NCBI GenBank assembly: GCA_010093815.1
Contig: ML996570.1
Direction: 5' to 3' (one strand)
Source: Pseudovirgaria hyperparasitica
Taxonomy: Eukaryota
Length of the DNA stretch: 64,000 nt
A model generated the notes under the pieces. That model saw only the letters and a list, made by a program, of their open reading frames with translations. It did no database searches and was not told where the DNA came from. This document shows, in pieces, positions 38,899 through 51,842 of this stretch (its first letter is position 1; the number at the start of each line of letters is the position of its first letter). The translations under genes were made by a program, and so were the position numbers.

Positions 38899-39546
38899 AG
38901 GGACCGAGAAGTATATATGATATGGAGATCGAGGAAATGAATCATGGGGAACTTGTACACGTAATTGTGGTACTGCTGCAACGTTGCTGGTAAGCTATGG
39001 TCCACGGGCTGGAGTTAGAACCTGCTTCTGCTGGAAGCTTTGGGTGGGCTTGGCAAGCTAATCTATTATTGATGTGGGCTATCCCGACATACAAGTCCCA
39101 ATCCTCATCTGGGGACATTGAAAGTACAACTTTGATCACTGCATAAGTGCACAGGATGCGGCATGTTACTTTCAACACGCCCTGGTTAATTATAGGCGTA
39201 ACACATTCGATAAGTCCGACCTCATGAAAAACCCGAAGGCTTTGAACCAAAAAGAAAAGTGGTATATTACTATTCAAATCCCCAGTATTAGTGCGACTAC
39301 GGAGAGACCGATTTCACATATACAGAACGACGCGCAGCAGCTCAAGCACTTGCTATGTTGGGCTAATGACGGCCATTAACAGGTGATGCACCGCAGTCGT
39401 ATTCGGAAGCGCCGGATATGCATAGTCACTAGAACTGACCCATGCGTCGACCATGGATGCGAAGTTGCGAGGGTTTTGTGAGACTATCCACCAGAAGAAA
39501 ACCATCTGCCATCATGAAGGGTATCGCTTTCGTTATCGGTAGGTTA

Positions 39547-39829
39547 TCAGAATTTCAATATGATATACCTACAGCCCGTCAGTGACTGTTAGAGGACCAT
39601 GCGCAGGTGTACTTACAAGGCGTGAATGATGCCGGGAATGTAACCCAGGATAGTCAACAGGATGTTGATGCAGAAGTCCGCATTACAGCCGCGCTCGAGG
39701 AATACGCCCAATGGGGGAATGAAGATGGCGAAGATGATCTTGATGATATCGCTGAGGAGAGTGTAAGCGGTTTCTCTCTCTACTATACACACGATAGCAC
39801 GGAAAGACTTACGAAGCGGTGAAAGGCAT
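39547..39829 (-). CDS. PMP3: Plasma membrane proteolipid 3 (Pmp3/RCI2 family; 3 exons)
   Basis: Spliced MPFTAS|DIIKIIFAIFIPPLGVFLERGCNADFCINILLTILGYIPGIIHAL|YIILKF*. Missing from the ORF track because of its introns. Confidence 0.92.
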
Positions 39830-41694
39830 GGTGACGGGTTGGTGTCGTTGACTTGGGTAGCTGAGTCAAACTAAAGTAAGAGATTGGAGATGGATGTTCA
39901 AGTCTTGAATGTATGGAAGTAACAGTAAGAGTGTGGAGAGGCAGGTCCACGTCTTTATGAATGTCGGAGAAGTGTAGCGGTGGCCGGACAGCAAATAACT
40001 GTGACGTAACTTAAGAGGCCATAGCTCCTACCATTCACTCAGCAGGCTTTAACTATTATTGCTAGTCATGCCTACCTGAGACACCCCCGCCACGCACACG
40101 CTTGCCTGCCCTTTCATTTACTGCCGGTCCCCCAATTATTGACCGGCTATCCTGCACCACCTGCACAAGCAAGAATGAAAATGCCTAAGCCACAAACGCG
40201 CAAGTCCCCGCCATCGCTGTTTGGTTTGTTTGTTTCTGGCTGAGATGTATAAAAGGTAGTTAATTACAACCGTTCTGGATTGCTATAAAAGTGGTGGCAC
40301 CGACTTCCCATACTCTTTGTGACACAGCAGTCATAATCTACTCGTCCAACTAACATCAGGAAAGTCCGCTTAGTAGTACCCGCAAGCTTGAACGACGGCC
40401 GTGTAAAGTACAATATTAGTATCAAGTATCGACTCTATCGAGTATCAATATTAGTATGGCATGATCGACGTCTGCAACTGGGACTGGGTCTGGGCTTTCA
40501 CCCTTGTTGTGACGGCTGGCGGTGGCTGGTACCCACAACTTACGTCACCCGCGACAGCGCCACATACATCAGCCACAGATCGAACATGTCAATCGTTCGT
40601 CAGCTGGCGATCAGTGTAGCGGATGCGCGTCCATACTGCTACATAGGGCGTGCATCGTCAGGAAAAATGTGCCGAGCGGCTCGTACGTTCGAAAGTCATG
40701 TTGCGTCGCAGGCTTGCAGCATTGAAAAGGCCTCGTAAGCTTTCGTCCGCCTTTGAACCGCTATGCGCTTATGCCGAGACCCCCAGAAGCATCACGTCAC
40801 ACGCGCAAGACATGGCAGGGATTTAGACTGGATCGAGACCGGGTATCGGCATGAACTTGAAGATAGAAGCGCTCTGTGCCCGTGGTGACAGAACGACACC
40901 AACATCGACAATTTTCCAAGTCCAGCTCCCTCATCACCTACCGATTCCACCAAAAGCCAACTCGCTGGGTCGTCGTAGATTGACGTGGTAATAATTGGAG
41001 ATGATCGGGGGATGGAACGCTAAGCTTTGCGCCTTTAAGACAGGAGTAGCCGAATTGGTATTGCGTCGATCGCACCCGACCAAACACTCATCCACATGGC
41101 CGATGTAATCAACATATCACTCCGTAATCTGATGCAGTATTTATCGGCTCAACGTTCTAGCGTTTACTGGTGATCGTTTTTGTCGCCATTTTCTCCATCT
41201 CACCTGATGGACAGGACCCTTGTAACAAGCCCTAGACGGCCAAGGTCCATTTTCAGCACTACACACACAAGCTGGAACTTACGCTTTCAAAACAAAATAA
41301 AGTAGGTACCGTCTCAAATTTCTCCTATGTAGCAGAAGTATACAAATCATAACCACGATGCAAATTGTATTCCCATGTCGTACGAGATTTCGTACATAGA
41401 TATGGCGCACATTTCTCATCTCAACATCAATGTTTCGCAGAGGACGCTTAAAGGAAGCGAAGATCATCTTCACCCAGCGGAGCCCCATGCCAAGGAAACT
41501 TGGCAGAACTTCATATGAAGACATTTCACGCCAATCTGATTGGAGTTTGTTATACATTGATAGGATCTACTGTAAGCGCTCATATCTGCTATCCCCATGG
41601 ACCCACTGCGGTACGGTCCTATTCGGGTGCCCCCTTGATAAATGGACGATTTCCGCAATCCTAGGTCGATGATTCACCCCCTCACATCTGTGGA

Positions 41695-42703
41695 ATGGCT
41701 GACCGACAGCAGATAGTGATCAATTTCGCTGGTATGTACACATGTCACGGATATGAGATACTGGTTGACCTTGGGTAGCTGGCGGCGGGGCCGGGACCGT
41801 TGAGGCATTCGCATGCCATCCACTCGACACTATCAAGACACGTATGCAGTTGTGTCGCGTTGTCGCGAATGCTGGCGTACGTCTACATTGATATCATATT
41901 TACGAAATATCCTATAACATGTCTAGCCGAGCCTAAGTTTCATTGGAACGACTACCTCAATTGTCACCCACGAAGGAGTCTTCGCCTTATATAATGGTCT
42001 CTCCGCAGTCCTTCTGGGCATGGGACCAAAGATCGCAATCCGTTTCTCCAGCTTCGAATTCTATAAATCCTTGTTCCAAAAACCCGACCGCGCGCCCCAA
42101 AGCCACGTACTCTTCTTGAGTGGTCTTGCTGCTGGTGTCACGGAGGCTATAACCGTCCTCAACCCCATGGACGTGCTCAAGATTCGGCTGCAGGCACAGA
42201 AAGCTGCCTCTGCACAGATCTCACCCAATGCTACAGCCCCGGTGTCGGCACGCCCAAGCCTCAGTGTGGTCTTGAAGAACATGATCGAGAAAGAAGGTGT
42301 CTTCGCACTCTACCGCGGTGTCGGCCTCACAGCAGTCCGCCAAGGCACGACGCAAGCCGTGAACTTCACCGTTTATAACATCCTCAAGGATTTGCTTCGC
42401 AAGTACCAGCCCGACAAGGATGTCCTGCCCAGCTGGCAGACCATGGGAATTGGATTGTTTGCAGGCGCATCGGGCCCGATATGCAATGCACCGCTGGACA
42501 CTGTGAAGACGCGTGTGCAGAGCACGACGGGTAAGTTCAGCGTGTCGCAGGTGCCGGGCATGATCGCGGTCGTAGCGAGAGAGGAGGGTGTTCGAGCGCT
42601 GTGGAGGGGGATCACACCGCGGCTATTGCGTGTTGCGCCAGGACAAGCAGTGTCCTTTACGGTATATGAGTTCTTAAAGGGCCTGCTGCAGAAGTCCGGA
42701 TGA
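41695..42703 (+). CDS. Mitochondrial carrier, succinate/fumarate antiporter SFC1/ACR1-like (3 exons)
   Basis: Three PxDxxKxRxQ signatures (HPLDTIKTRMQ, NPMDVLKIRLQ, APLDTVKTRVQ), plus GPKIAIRF, RQGTTQAVNF and RVAPGQAVSF. Confidence 0.85.
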
Positions 42704-43497
42704 GGAAGGGCTGTGTATGGCGTACCCGCGGGTAAGCAACGCTTTGACAGGAGACGACTTAGTGTCTTACAACTTTGAAGAGCTGACGACTTGCAACGGG
42801 AGAGTAAGCATCCTAGACAGTAGCATGATAGACTGCTTCCTGAACGCCAGCTCAACCAGCGACACATTCGCATTTGAGATGCGACCTCTGCTTCAGCTCT
42901 CGGCATGGCTATTTACGATAGACCGAATACAGATTTATAGGATCATCTGCGCCACTACATTTTAGAACAAAGCTTGTCATATTTTTCAGCTGCATAGATA
43001 CTCCGACCCTAGAATCTCCACTTCGATATAGACATCGTTAGACTGGGAGCGTAGTGGAAGTGCAATATCCTTTCATAGTGACTTCGGCGTAAGCACGCAC
43101 CCATCCTGAAGAATCGACAGTATTCCGAGTAGTGTAGGATCAGCGGATAGCTGCAAACAAAATTTTTGTGATAATAATTTAGGTATGACCTTCCACGAAT
43201 CTGAAAGCAGTCTCTGGCATTGACGAAGCTCGATTACCAAGATATTCAGTGTCCCACCAGACTTTCTCGCGCCAAAAAAACCGAGACTGGACAAACGTTT
43301 TCTTCTCCGAAAGACTCCGCGCCAAAATTCAAAGGATGTCAGAGAAGACACCATAGTATATAGAGATGGCAAGTCTCCATTCATGCACCCAAGAAAGGGA
43401 CATCTTGGTCCAATACACTCCGCCACAGGTATGCGCCACAACTCATAAGAAAAGCCAAAAAATCGAAGTATGTAGCTTCCAATTATACCACATATAC

Positions 43498-44601
43498 CTA
43501 CCTTATTCCATATGTCCCCATAGCCATGACATCAAAAGAGTGTCTCCCTTCACAGCCTTCCTCAAGTACCCTGGGACTAGCAGGCGATCCTTGTGATGCA
43601 TGACTCTCCTTCCTGTAACCCGAACTTAGCGGCGAAATAGATGAGCTACTCAAACTACACTTCCACTGTCTGACGAAACTCGGCGTGCTCAGACCGACAC
43701 TAGACTGCCTCTCGCCGACTTTTGCGCTGGCCCACATAGCACTCAGCGGCAAGCACAGCAGTGCAGACGTCTGCACCAAGCTGTACAGCTGCGCAACATC
43801 ACTGGTAAACTGCACGAGTGCGAACAGACTGGGGATCAGGAAGGTTTGCAGGCTCATGACGAGAAGGACCTGCAGTGGGCCGAATGCCCGGAGGCCGATG
43901 GTGCGGCGCTGGTAAATCGCACAGACGAGTTTGCCGCAGAAGATGAGGGACGTGGTGCAGATGGTGATGGTCAGCAAGATGTTGCATGCTTGTGGTAGCC
44001 ATTGCCAGCCGGACGTGATTTCGTTGTCGACGATGGCCTTTGCGTTGATCGCGCAGAGGCAGAAACGGAATGTCAGAGTGACAAGCGCGAGCGCGAGGGA
44101 TATGCATTGGATGACTATACGTTGCCAGCGATACGTTGCGATTGTAAGCATGACGCGGATCTGCAGATTGAGACTTGCGAGAATGCATGTGTACACGATG
44201 AAAGGGAGAATGGCGGCGGTGACAGATTGCGCGGTGATGGAGGTGGTGATCCGGGAGGTGTCGCCGGTGAAGTAGACGTAGGGATTCCAGTATTCGGTAG
44301 TAAAATATACTGCTTGGAGCAGATTGCGGATTGCGTTGGCAGTGAGGCCAATGCAGTTTGTGATGAAGATTATGGATCGTCGCCTATCAGATTTGGTGAG
44401 GGTGAGGAGGAGGATGAGCAGCGTGATGCTGGCACCGAATTGGCTGCCGTAGTTAATGCAGGCTCTGGTGGCATACAGCTGCCATCTCGAGAAGTCTTCG
44501 AGGGTGATAGACATAGTTTCGTACTCCGGGACGACGGTGATGTTGATGGTCTGGCTGAAGGGATCGAAGCTGCCATTAGTCGTGTCGTTCGTAACGTCCA
44601 T
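43498..44601 (-). CDS. STE2: Alpha-factor-type pheromone receptor (class D GPCR)
   Basis: FDPFSQTINI, INYGSQFGAS, seven hydrophobic segments, KLVCAIYQRRTIGLRAFGPLQVLLVMSLQTFLIP and LPLSAMWA. Confidence 0.92.
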   Translation of the reverse strand: MDVTNDTTNGSFDPFSQTINITVVPEYETMSITLEDFSRWQLYATRACINYGSQFGASITLLILLLTLTKSDRRRSIIFITNCIGLTANAIRNLLQAVYFTTEYWNPYVYFTGDTSRITTSITAQSVTAAILPFIVYTCILASLNLQIRVMLTIATYRWQRIVIQCISLALALVTLTFRFCLCAINAKAIVDNEITSGWQWLPQACNILLTITICTTSLIFCGKLVCAIYQRRTIGLRAFGPLQVLLVMSLQTFLIPSLFALVQFTSDVAQLYSLVQTSALLCLPLSAMWASAKVGERQSSVGLSTPSFVRQWKCSLSSSSISPLSSGYRKESHASQGSPASPRVLEEGCEGRHSFDVMAMGTYGIR

Positions 44602-45532
44602 CGTGAGTAATTCGCTCAGCGAATTGACTCGTATTAGACGGTTGAGTAGTGTGCATATGTCGAGTCGTGGATCTTCGATTTGAGTTTGGGGATGTCGCTG
44701 ATGAACAATGACAAAGGGGCGAGCTTTATGACTTGAAAAGATAGTTGGCGATGGAAATAAAGAAAGCTAAGGTTATAGAAGATAGAAGAGCTTATACTGA
44801 GGTACCCGTAACTGTTCAATACAATATAGAGATGACAATACCTACTTTGGACGGCTCGTGTATCTTGACCAGGGGAACAATACGAAGCCCAATAAGGTAA
44901 CTCAAGGATCCACGGGCGGGACAGGGATGTTTTTGGCGAGCGCCGTACACGAAATAATCTGATCCGCGCAGAGGACAATACTAACATATTCATCCCCCAG
45001 CCAGACCACTTTATCTTCTTCGTAACCTTGCATGAGAATATCTCAAATGGCTCCCTTTTAGGGTGTAAGCAAACATTGTGCCTATCGCGCCTGGGCTCGC
45101 ATCTCGCTTGTTGGGGATGCCAAAGTCGTGATTGCTTCCCCCGTCAATCATTATTCGGCCCTTCGCCACGTGTGCCGATTGGATATTTGGTAGACTGATA
45201 GTTTCCCGACTCGCCAATAGGATCATAGAACATGGGCGTTTCTCCGATCCAAGAATGAGATATCTTCTTGCTCTAACGCCGAACTCTAGTCGTCAGAGCC
45301 AGTATCACGAATGGGCACGGCAGAAACACTGGAACTCCGACATAACTCTGTTGACCGGGGGTGTTTGGCCCACGCACGTGATCACGCGTCACGGCGCGTT
45401 TCCCTATCAGGTCGCTGAGACGCGTCTCGGCAGGTTGAGGTGCCTTCACAGAAGACGTTGACATCTCTGCACTCACATTAACGCTGGCCTCACCATTTTC
45501 ATTCAGATGCTGGATAGTACCTTACTCCAGCT

Positions 45533-47404
45533 ATGATATCTCCACGATTCGTGATCGAGAATCTGTCCACAAAGAACGTCACCGTGCTCGCAGCGCACTT
45601 GAATAGTAGATATGAAATTATCGGCCATTCTGACGATGTGCTCTCCGTTCGATTGGAAGAGGATCGAGACAGAAATATTGAAGATAGAGACGGTTTGCTT
45701 GGCATACTTGGTAAGTCGACTAAGGCAGCACATTTTGCAATATTGATATATCCCAAAGACTTCTGCCCCAACTTCGTGCTTTGCCACGCCAGAACCACCC
45801 TGATGTTGAAGCCTGCACCAACTGCTGGACACCCCAATGAGTATTCGGCTATCGTAGACCCCCAGAAGGGCGGTCCAGCAGCAGTCGCACTCAGAGATGG
45901 CGATACTTTCTACTTCTCAGAAAAAGAGTTCGCCATGCAACTAAGGATCATGCCAGAGCATAGTGTCGAGGAAATTCAAGTCACATCATCTCCCCATGGA
46001 GAGCAGGATTCAGCAAGACATACAAGTGGGAACGTTCGCGCAAACTCAAGCCGAGCGCAAGCACTTGACGGTTCTTCTCGCGTCACACCCCATGCATCTT
46101 TCATCAAGATTGATACCGTTGCTGAGACACCCACCATGATTGAAGGCCGGCACAGACACGCATCGAAGTCACCATTCCTGAACGGGGCTAATGACGAGCG
46201 TCCTCCTGCCACGATCTCAACTGAAGCTTCCGATGTCGGCAAAGCTACCCGAATACCTTTCAATCAGCGGGTTCGATCTGTCGCCGCATCTGATGGAGAG
46301 ACAACAGACGAGGATTCCGAGTCTGAAAATATTGAAAACTTTGTGGATCAGAGCAAACCTGCCGTTGCAATAAATGGCGAACCGACACCGTCGGAAGATG
46401 TATTCTCGACTCCCATGGACCGCAATGGACCGACCCGAGCAGATCAAAATAAAGATCAAACAAAAGCAGTCATTGTTGAGATATCTCAAAATGTACAGTC
46501 GCAATCAAAACGGCGCGCAACAGGGGAAATCGAGAACGAGAGCAAGGGACCACCCAAGAAGAGGCGACAGAGTCAAACCTCAACTGATGACACGCCTCAG
46601 CGTGCTTTCAAACCAACAAAGAGAGGAGTTGGAAGGCCGAAGAAGGGCGCTGCTTCAGTATCATCTGTCACACCGACGAAGCCAGCAGGCTCGTCAAAGC
46701 AGTCGCCACCTGGAGCAGCAGGTTCACTAGAGGCTACTAGTCCACGTCCCCGGGTCGCTTTCAGCAGTAGTAGCAAGATACTTCGAACATCAGCCCATAG
46801 GAAGTTCTTGACAAGCGTAAAGTGTAAGGTGATCGACAACGCCTTAGATGAGGATTTCGACATCTTTTGTGTAGGCAACGATGGACTCAAAAAAACAGGC
46901 CAATTACTCATGAGCGTTGCTCTTGGACGGCACCTTGTGACTGATCATTGGGTCACGGAGAGCAGTAAGACTGGCTACCTCCTTGCAGCGGAACATTTCC
47001 TTCCAAGTGACCCAGAACATGAAGATGAATGGGGCATGCGTATAGCGGATATAGCTGGAGACTGTCGCACCGAGCTCTTCGCCGACATCATCGTCTATAT
47101 CACACCCGCGGCGAAAAAGGCTTACGGCGCTGGCTTTAAAGAGATCGAGAAGGTTTTAAGGACAGCTGGTGCTAAGGAAGTGGTATCTGGCTCACATCGA
47201 GATCTCGATGAGGAGACTAAATATTGCGTCATTGTCAACGAGAAGTCGGACTATGATGCTTCCGCATTACAGCAGGCCGGACACAATCTCTATTCCAAGG
47301 ACATCATCTCGCTCAGCATACTCCGAGGACACTTAGATCTGACCAGCGCCGAGTTCCGAATTGAAGTTGAATCAGCAAAGAAAGGTGGAAAGAAAGGTCG
47401 CTGA
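45533..47404 (+). CDS. Tandem-BRCT domain protein with long disordered linker (MDC1/Mdb1-like architecture)
   Basis: C-terminal RVAFSSS...FCVGNDGLKKTGQLLMSVALGRHLVTDHWVTES...EIEKVLRTAGA...YSKDIISLSILRG. Basic NLS-like stretches and a GRP AT-hook-like motif. Confidence 0.75.
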   Translation: MISPRFVIENLSTKNVTVLAAHLNSRYEIIGHSDDVLSVRLEEDRDRNIEDRDGLLGILGKSTKAAHFAILIYPKDFCPNFVLCHARTTLMLKPAPTAGHPNEYSAIVDPQKGGPAAVALRDGDTFYFSEKEFAMQLRIMPEHSVEEIQVTSSPHGEQDSARHTSGNVRANSSRAQALDGSSRVTPHASFIKIDTVAETPTMIEGRHRHASKSPFLNGANDERPPATISTEASDVGKATRIPFNQRVRSVAASDGETTDEDSESENIENFVDQSKPAVAINGEPTPSEDVFSTPMDRNGPTRADQNKDQTKAVIVEISQNVQSQSKRRATGEIENESKGPPKKRRQSQTSTDDTPQRAFKPTKRGVGRPKKGAASVSSVTPTKPAGSSKQSPPGAAGSLEATSPRPRVAFSSSSKILRTSAHRKFLTSVKCKVIDNALDEDFDIFCVGNDGLKKTGQLLMSVALGRHLVTDHWVTESSKTGYLLAAEHFLPSDPEHEDEWGMRIADIAGDCRTELFADIIVYITPAAKKAYGAGFKEIEKVLRTAGAKEVVSGSHRDLDEETKYCVIVNEKSDYDASALQQAGHNLYSKDIISLSILRGHLDLTSAEFRIEVESAKKGGKKGR

Positions 47405-48453
47405 ATATACTGCTTAACGCAGCCCTCATTCTAGCTTTATGACACCCCAAGTAACAGAGAGTATGATTGCATGACATGATATACAGCATTACAATAACAT
47501 ACGACCTCAGACGCGATACTGTTTCCGAAAGTGACAACGCCGAAACCCAGCCCCGCGTGCTCAGATCGAGACTAGGTGCGTCCAGTCAATTTACCAGGAT
47601 TTCAATCGGGAGCGGCCACATAGAATAGACCGCCTTGGCGTGCTTCAAATCGTCGGTCTTGCATCAGTACACAGACAGTACCAACGCTGCGAACTGCAAT
47701 AACCATATATTGAGACATGGAATACGAGACCGCTCTGATTACTATATTGGGAGCGAAGGATTTCACTTCCGCTGTCCCGACATCGTCACGCCTTTACTCC
47801 ACCAACAGAACTTGTACATCGAATAATAAGGGTATTCATACCGCTCGACATAGATACCAAGATCAAATGCAGCTAAGTAACATGTGGAGAGTGAGGTCAA
47901 AGAGCGTTTGCTGTCTCCCTCTTGAACGGGTGAAGTCAAATTTGCCAATGGTACCAGCAATGGTGTAGCTGTTCACCCGTCAATCAGGGCCAATCACTTG
48001 TAAGATCACACCTTAAATCTAAGTATGTACTATTCCAATGAAAACAAGATGTCATGCGTTATAGAAGTGTCAGTCCAGGGGCCCGTCTATATATGAGATC
48101 GCCTTTGCTGCCTTCTGCGGATATGACATGGATAGTATCATCCGGCCCGTGACGCCGACTCGTTTATGCATTCTCATCTATCGGCCATGTCAACTCTCCT
48201 GTCGATGTTCTTCGCGTCTTCTACGTAGCTTACTATGCATCTGTGGCCCGCTCATTTGTGTTTCATCTATTTCCTTGCCAAGGACTCGGTTTCAAGAGAG
48301 CAACTGAGGACCGCAAAATACAAATCTTGGTACAAGTGATAAGGACATTCCTGGGCTTTAAGAGTGCGCAAACATCCTTTCTACAAATTTTCTTTCTCGA
48401 TATCAAGCACACATCTCCTCACGTGGGTCACCGTTTGACCTCCAACGGTCACA

Positions 48454-49660
48454 ATGTTGTCCCTCGCCCTGACTGTGACTGCTCTAGCAGCGTTTATCTC
48501 CGCATCTCCAGCAGACTTGTACCCCAATCCATTCATTAACAAGGCCCAATTTGTGAACCCGGCCTACGCTGCCAAGCTGAACACCACAATCGCCTCCTTC
48601 GAAGCCAAGCACGATACGCTCAACGCGGATCGGACACGCACGGCGCAAAACATCAGCACCTTCGTCTGGGTCACAAGGGCAGTAGACATTGCCGCCATTC
48701 CTGTTGCTGTCACCGCGGCTCGCACCGCGCGATGGAAGACTGGTAAAGACCAGATCATCGGGCTTGTCCACTACAATTTACCAGACCGTGACTGTAGCGC
48801 CGGCGAGAGCGCGGGTGAGTTCAGCTCGGCTAAGAATGGACTTGAGCTATACAAGAGGACCTTTGTCGACAAATTCGCCATGGAACTAGAGAAGGCGCGT
48901 GATTTGACGTTCGCGGTCGTTCTGGAGCCGGATAGTCTGGGGAATGTGGTTACGAACCAGGGGATTGAGTTCTGCAAAAATGCAACGAAGGTGTATGAGG
49001 ATGGCCTCGCGTATGCGATTCAGAAGTTGCAGTATTCGCATGTTCATCTGTACGTTGATGCTGCGCATGGGGGATGGCTTGGGTGGGATGATAACCTTCC
49101 TCTTGGTGAGTACATCTTCGGCCATGATGCTCTTCCGTCCCGCTGATGGACATCTTTTTTCTATGAACCTGAATTCATGACTAACTTGGTTTGTAGCCGC
49201 TGCCGAATTCTCCAAAGTCATCAAAATGGCCGGTCCACACTCCCGCATTCGCGGCTTCTCCACCAACGTCTCGAACTTCAACCCCTATATCGCCAACCCC
49301 CGTGCCAACTACACACAGTACTCAAACTCATACGACGAGCTCCACTACGCACAATCCCTAACGCCCCATCTACTCAACAACTCGCTCCCTGCACACTTCA
49401 TCATCGACCAGGGCCGTGCCGGGCTGCAGAATCAACGGGCGGAGTGGGGCGAGTGGTGTAATGTCAAGGCTGGGTACGGGCTAAGGCCGAGCGCGAAGAC
49501 TGGGAGCGAACTTGTGGATGCTATTGTGTGGGTTAAGCCTGGGGGCGAGAGTGATGGTAAGTGTGGGCTCGAAGGAGCGCCGGGATCTGGGCAGTGGTTT
49601 AATGCGTATGTGGAGGGACTGGTGAAAGATGCGAATCCAGTGTTGGATCCTTTGAAGTAG
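48454..49660 (+). CDS. Secreted GH6 cellulase/cellobiohydrolase without CBM1 (2 exons)
   Basis: Signal peptide; YNLPDRDCSA, VLEPDSLGN, YVDAAHGGWLGW, FIIDQGR and VWVKPGGESDG. Intron 49106-49196. Confidence 0.93.
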
Positions 49661-50177
49661 CGTTGGCGATCAGTTTCCTAGCTCATATACAGGAAATTTC
49701 GTACGGGTTGGATGACGGCGCACATAATTGTCACCACACATAGAACTCTATTATATATAGATCGTCGCTCCGTGTAGCCCATTTAGACTGTTGCCATGAA
49801 TAGACTGTTGCTAGGTTGGAGATCCCCTAACGGAAGACATAACGCGGCGTGAATCGCTGTAACTTTCTTCGTGTATGTTCCTGTCAGAAAGTTCTACCTA
49901 CTTACTCAAACCATGAAGGCTCATGTACAAGTGAACAGTTATAACAACAACTCACTGTGTCGCCCTCGCTAGCAATCGGACCCCCCCCCATTTCACTTGA
50001 TCTACAGCAATAGCTTCATTATGGATCAGTTGACCACTCATGTTATGCACTGCCTTTCGCTCACGCTCAAGTGAACAGTTGACTGTCTCGTACTTCTACG
50101 TCAGCCTTTCGCTCTTCTCTCGTTCTTGCACCATCGTCACTTCCTCATTGACCTGATCTGTATCTCTACAGACCCAA

Positions 50178-51525
50178 TGAAGAATCCTTTGAAAGACTAT
50201 AAAATTGCCGTTACTGGCGTCCTTCGAGGTAATAAGCCCGAGGACATGAAGAAATGGATTGAAGCAAATGGCGGCAAATGGCACCCAAATGTCACAAGCG
50301 AGACCACTCATCTCCTCTGTTCGGATAAAGCATTCGAAACGCGAGCCACCTCAGGTAGAGTGCCTTCTCTCTCCTCTCTCGTGTCCGCAATGTCTAACAG
50401 AGCCTGCCAGTTCTCACGGCAGTGAAGTTCAACAAAGCCAAGATCGTAACATACGACTGGCTCGAAGATTGCCTCATCAACAACGCTCGTAAACGGGAAG
50501 GCCCATACTTGCTGCAGAAGCAAAAACAGGTCACCGAGAAGCTCAAGCATGAATCCAAAGCCGCTGCGAGAGCAAAAGAGAAGCGTGCAGTACAGGAAGA
50601 TGGTTCGCGCTTCCCTTCCTTCACTCGGCCCCCTTTCCCGTCTTCTTTCCGTGTAGATTTCGCTGACATTGCAACAGCAGCTGTATTCGAAGCAGGCTGC
50701 GTATCGGCAAAAAACGAATTGATGTCCGGTACGTTGTCCCACCTCGAGGAGATCAAGGCCACAAAGGCAGCAAATGCCGCCATCGTCAAAGCCGCACGAA
50801 AGGCGTTTCTGAAGAGCAAGAAAGACGCCGTCCAGCGCAAGGCCAAGGACTCGCTGTCCGCATCCTCTATATCTGTAGAGCCTGCAAGCGCGCTTCAGCT
50901 CAGTGCGTCTGCCGGTCCCGGTGCGTCTTAAATTCTTGTTCATACTCTGTGTCCTCCCCCGAACTTGGAGATCTATTACATGCTAGCATCTAAGCTGTGT
51001 AGCGAACATGCCGCTAATGTCTCGCTTTGCCTAGATAATCACCACGTTTACCGCGATGCCACAGGCTTCGACCTCGACATCATGCTCACGCGCATCTCAT
51101 TCGCCTCAAACACAAACGAGCGCTACGCCCTGCGTGTCTACGAGTCGCATACCCACCCACACACCTACGCGCTGACCGTGCGCTACACCCGCTCGCACAC
51201 CCTGCCTGTCACTCGCACTCTCGTGCCTATAAGTTCGTCCTTCGCTGACGTCTTCGGCACATTCTGTGCGTTCTTCAGGGCGAAGACGAGGCTGCATTGG
51301 GAGAATAGGTTCGAGAAGAATTTGAGGGACACAGTGACTAAGGAATATGTGGACGGGTATGGCGGCGAGGAACAGGCCGTGAGGATGGGGATCTTGAGTG
51401 TTGCGAAGGGCGATACGAGGTTGTGGCCATTCGAATATTATCCGCCTATGGAGGGGCCACAAGGAGTGCTCGTGGAGGGACTGTCCGTGGACATGAAGGA
51501 GAAGTATATGAAATTCGACATTTGA
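50178..51525 (+). CDS. BRCT plus WGR-like domain protein, PARP-like N-terminal modules without a catalytic domain (multi-exon)
   Basis: BRCT: LKDYKIAVTG...KKWIEANGGKW...THLLCS...KIVTYDWLEDC. WGR-like: DNHHVYRDATGF...LTR...NTNERYALRVYESH...FCAFFRAKTRLHWENR. Confidence 0.7.
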
Positions 51526-51842
51526 GCCGTAGACATGGACTATGCGCGTTTCACGGTTGTGGTTGAGTCAGAGTTGAGTGATTTGGGGGGCTAGGATAGA
51601 CTATATGCGGACGATATTTGGGGAGAAGGAATGTTTTTTTTCGCAGGTTGCGCTTGGGTGTCACATCATTTATCAATAAAGAACCCGATCTCGACGGGTG
51701 TCATGCAAAATTTGGATCTGAAATGGGTCATGAGCGTTCATCTAAATTGGAAAGAATTAGCACAGCTCAGAAAGCACGCACAAAGAAACGCTTAAGATAT
51801 AGTTTGCATTTCGTGTCATTAATGTTCAACTTGTTTATCCGT

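Noticed and set aside
43498..44601. Possible mating-type locus around STE2
   Set aside because: No MAT alpha-box/HMG, APN2, SLA2 or pheromone precursor gene is visible, and receptors are generally unlinked to MAT in filamentous ascomycetes.
44002..44610. 202-aa plus-strand ORF overlapping STE2
   Set aside because: Antisense shadow caused by codon bias of the receptor gene.
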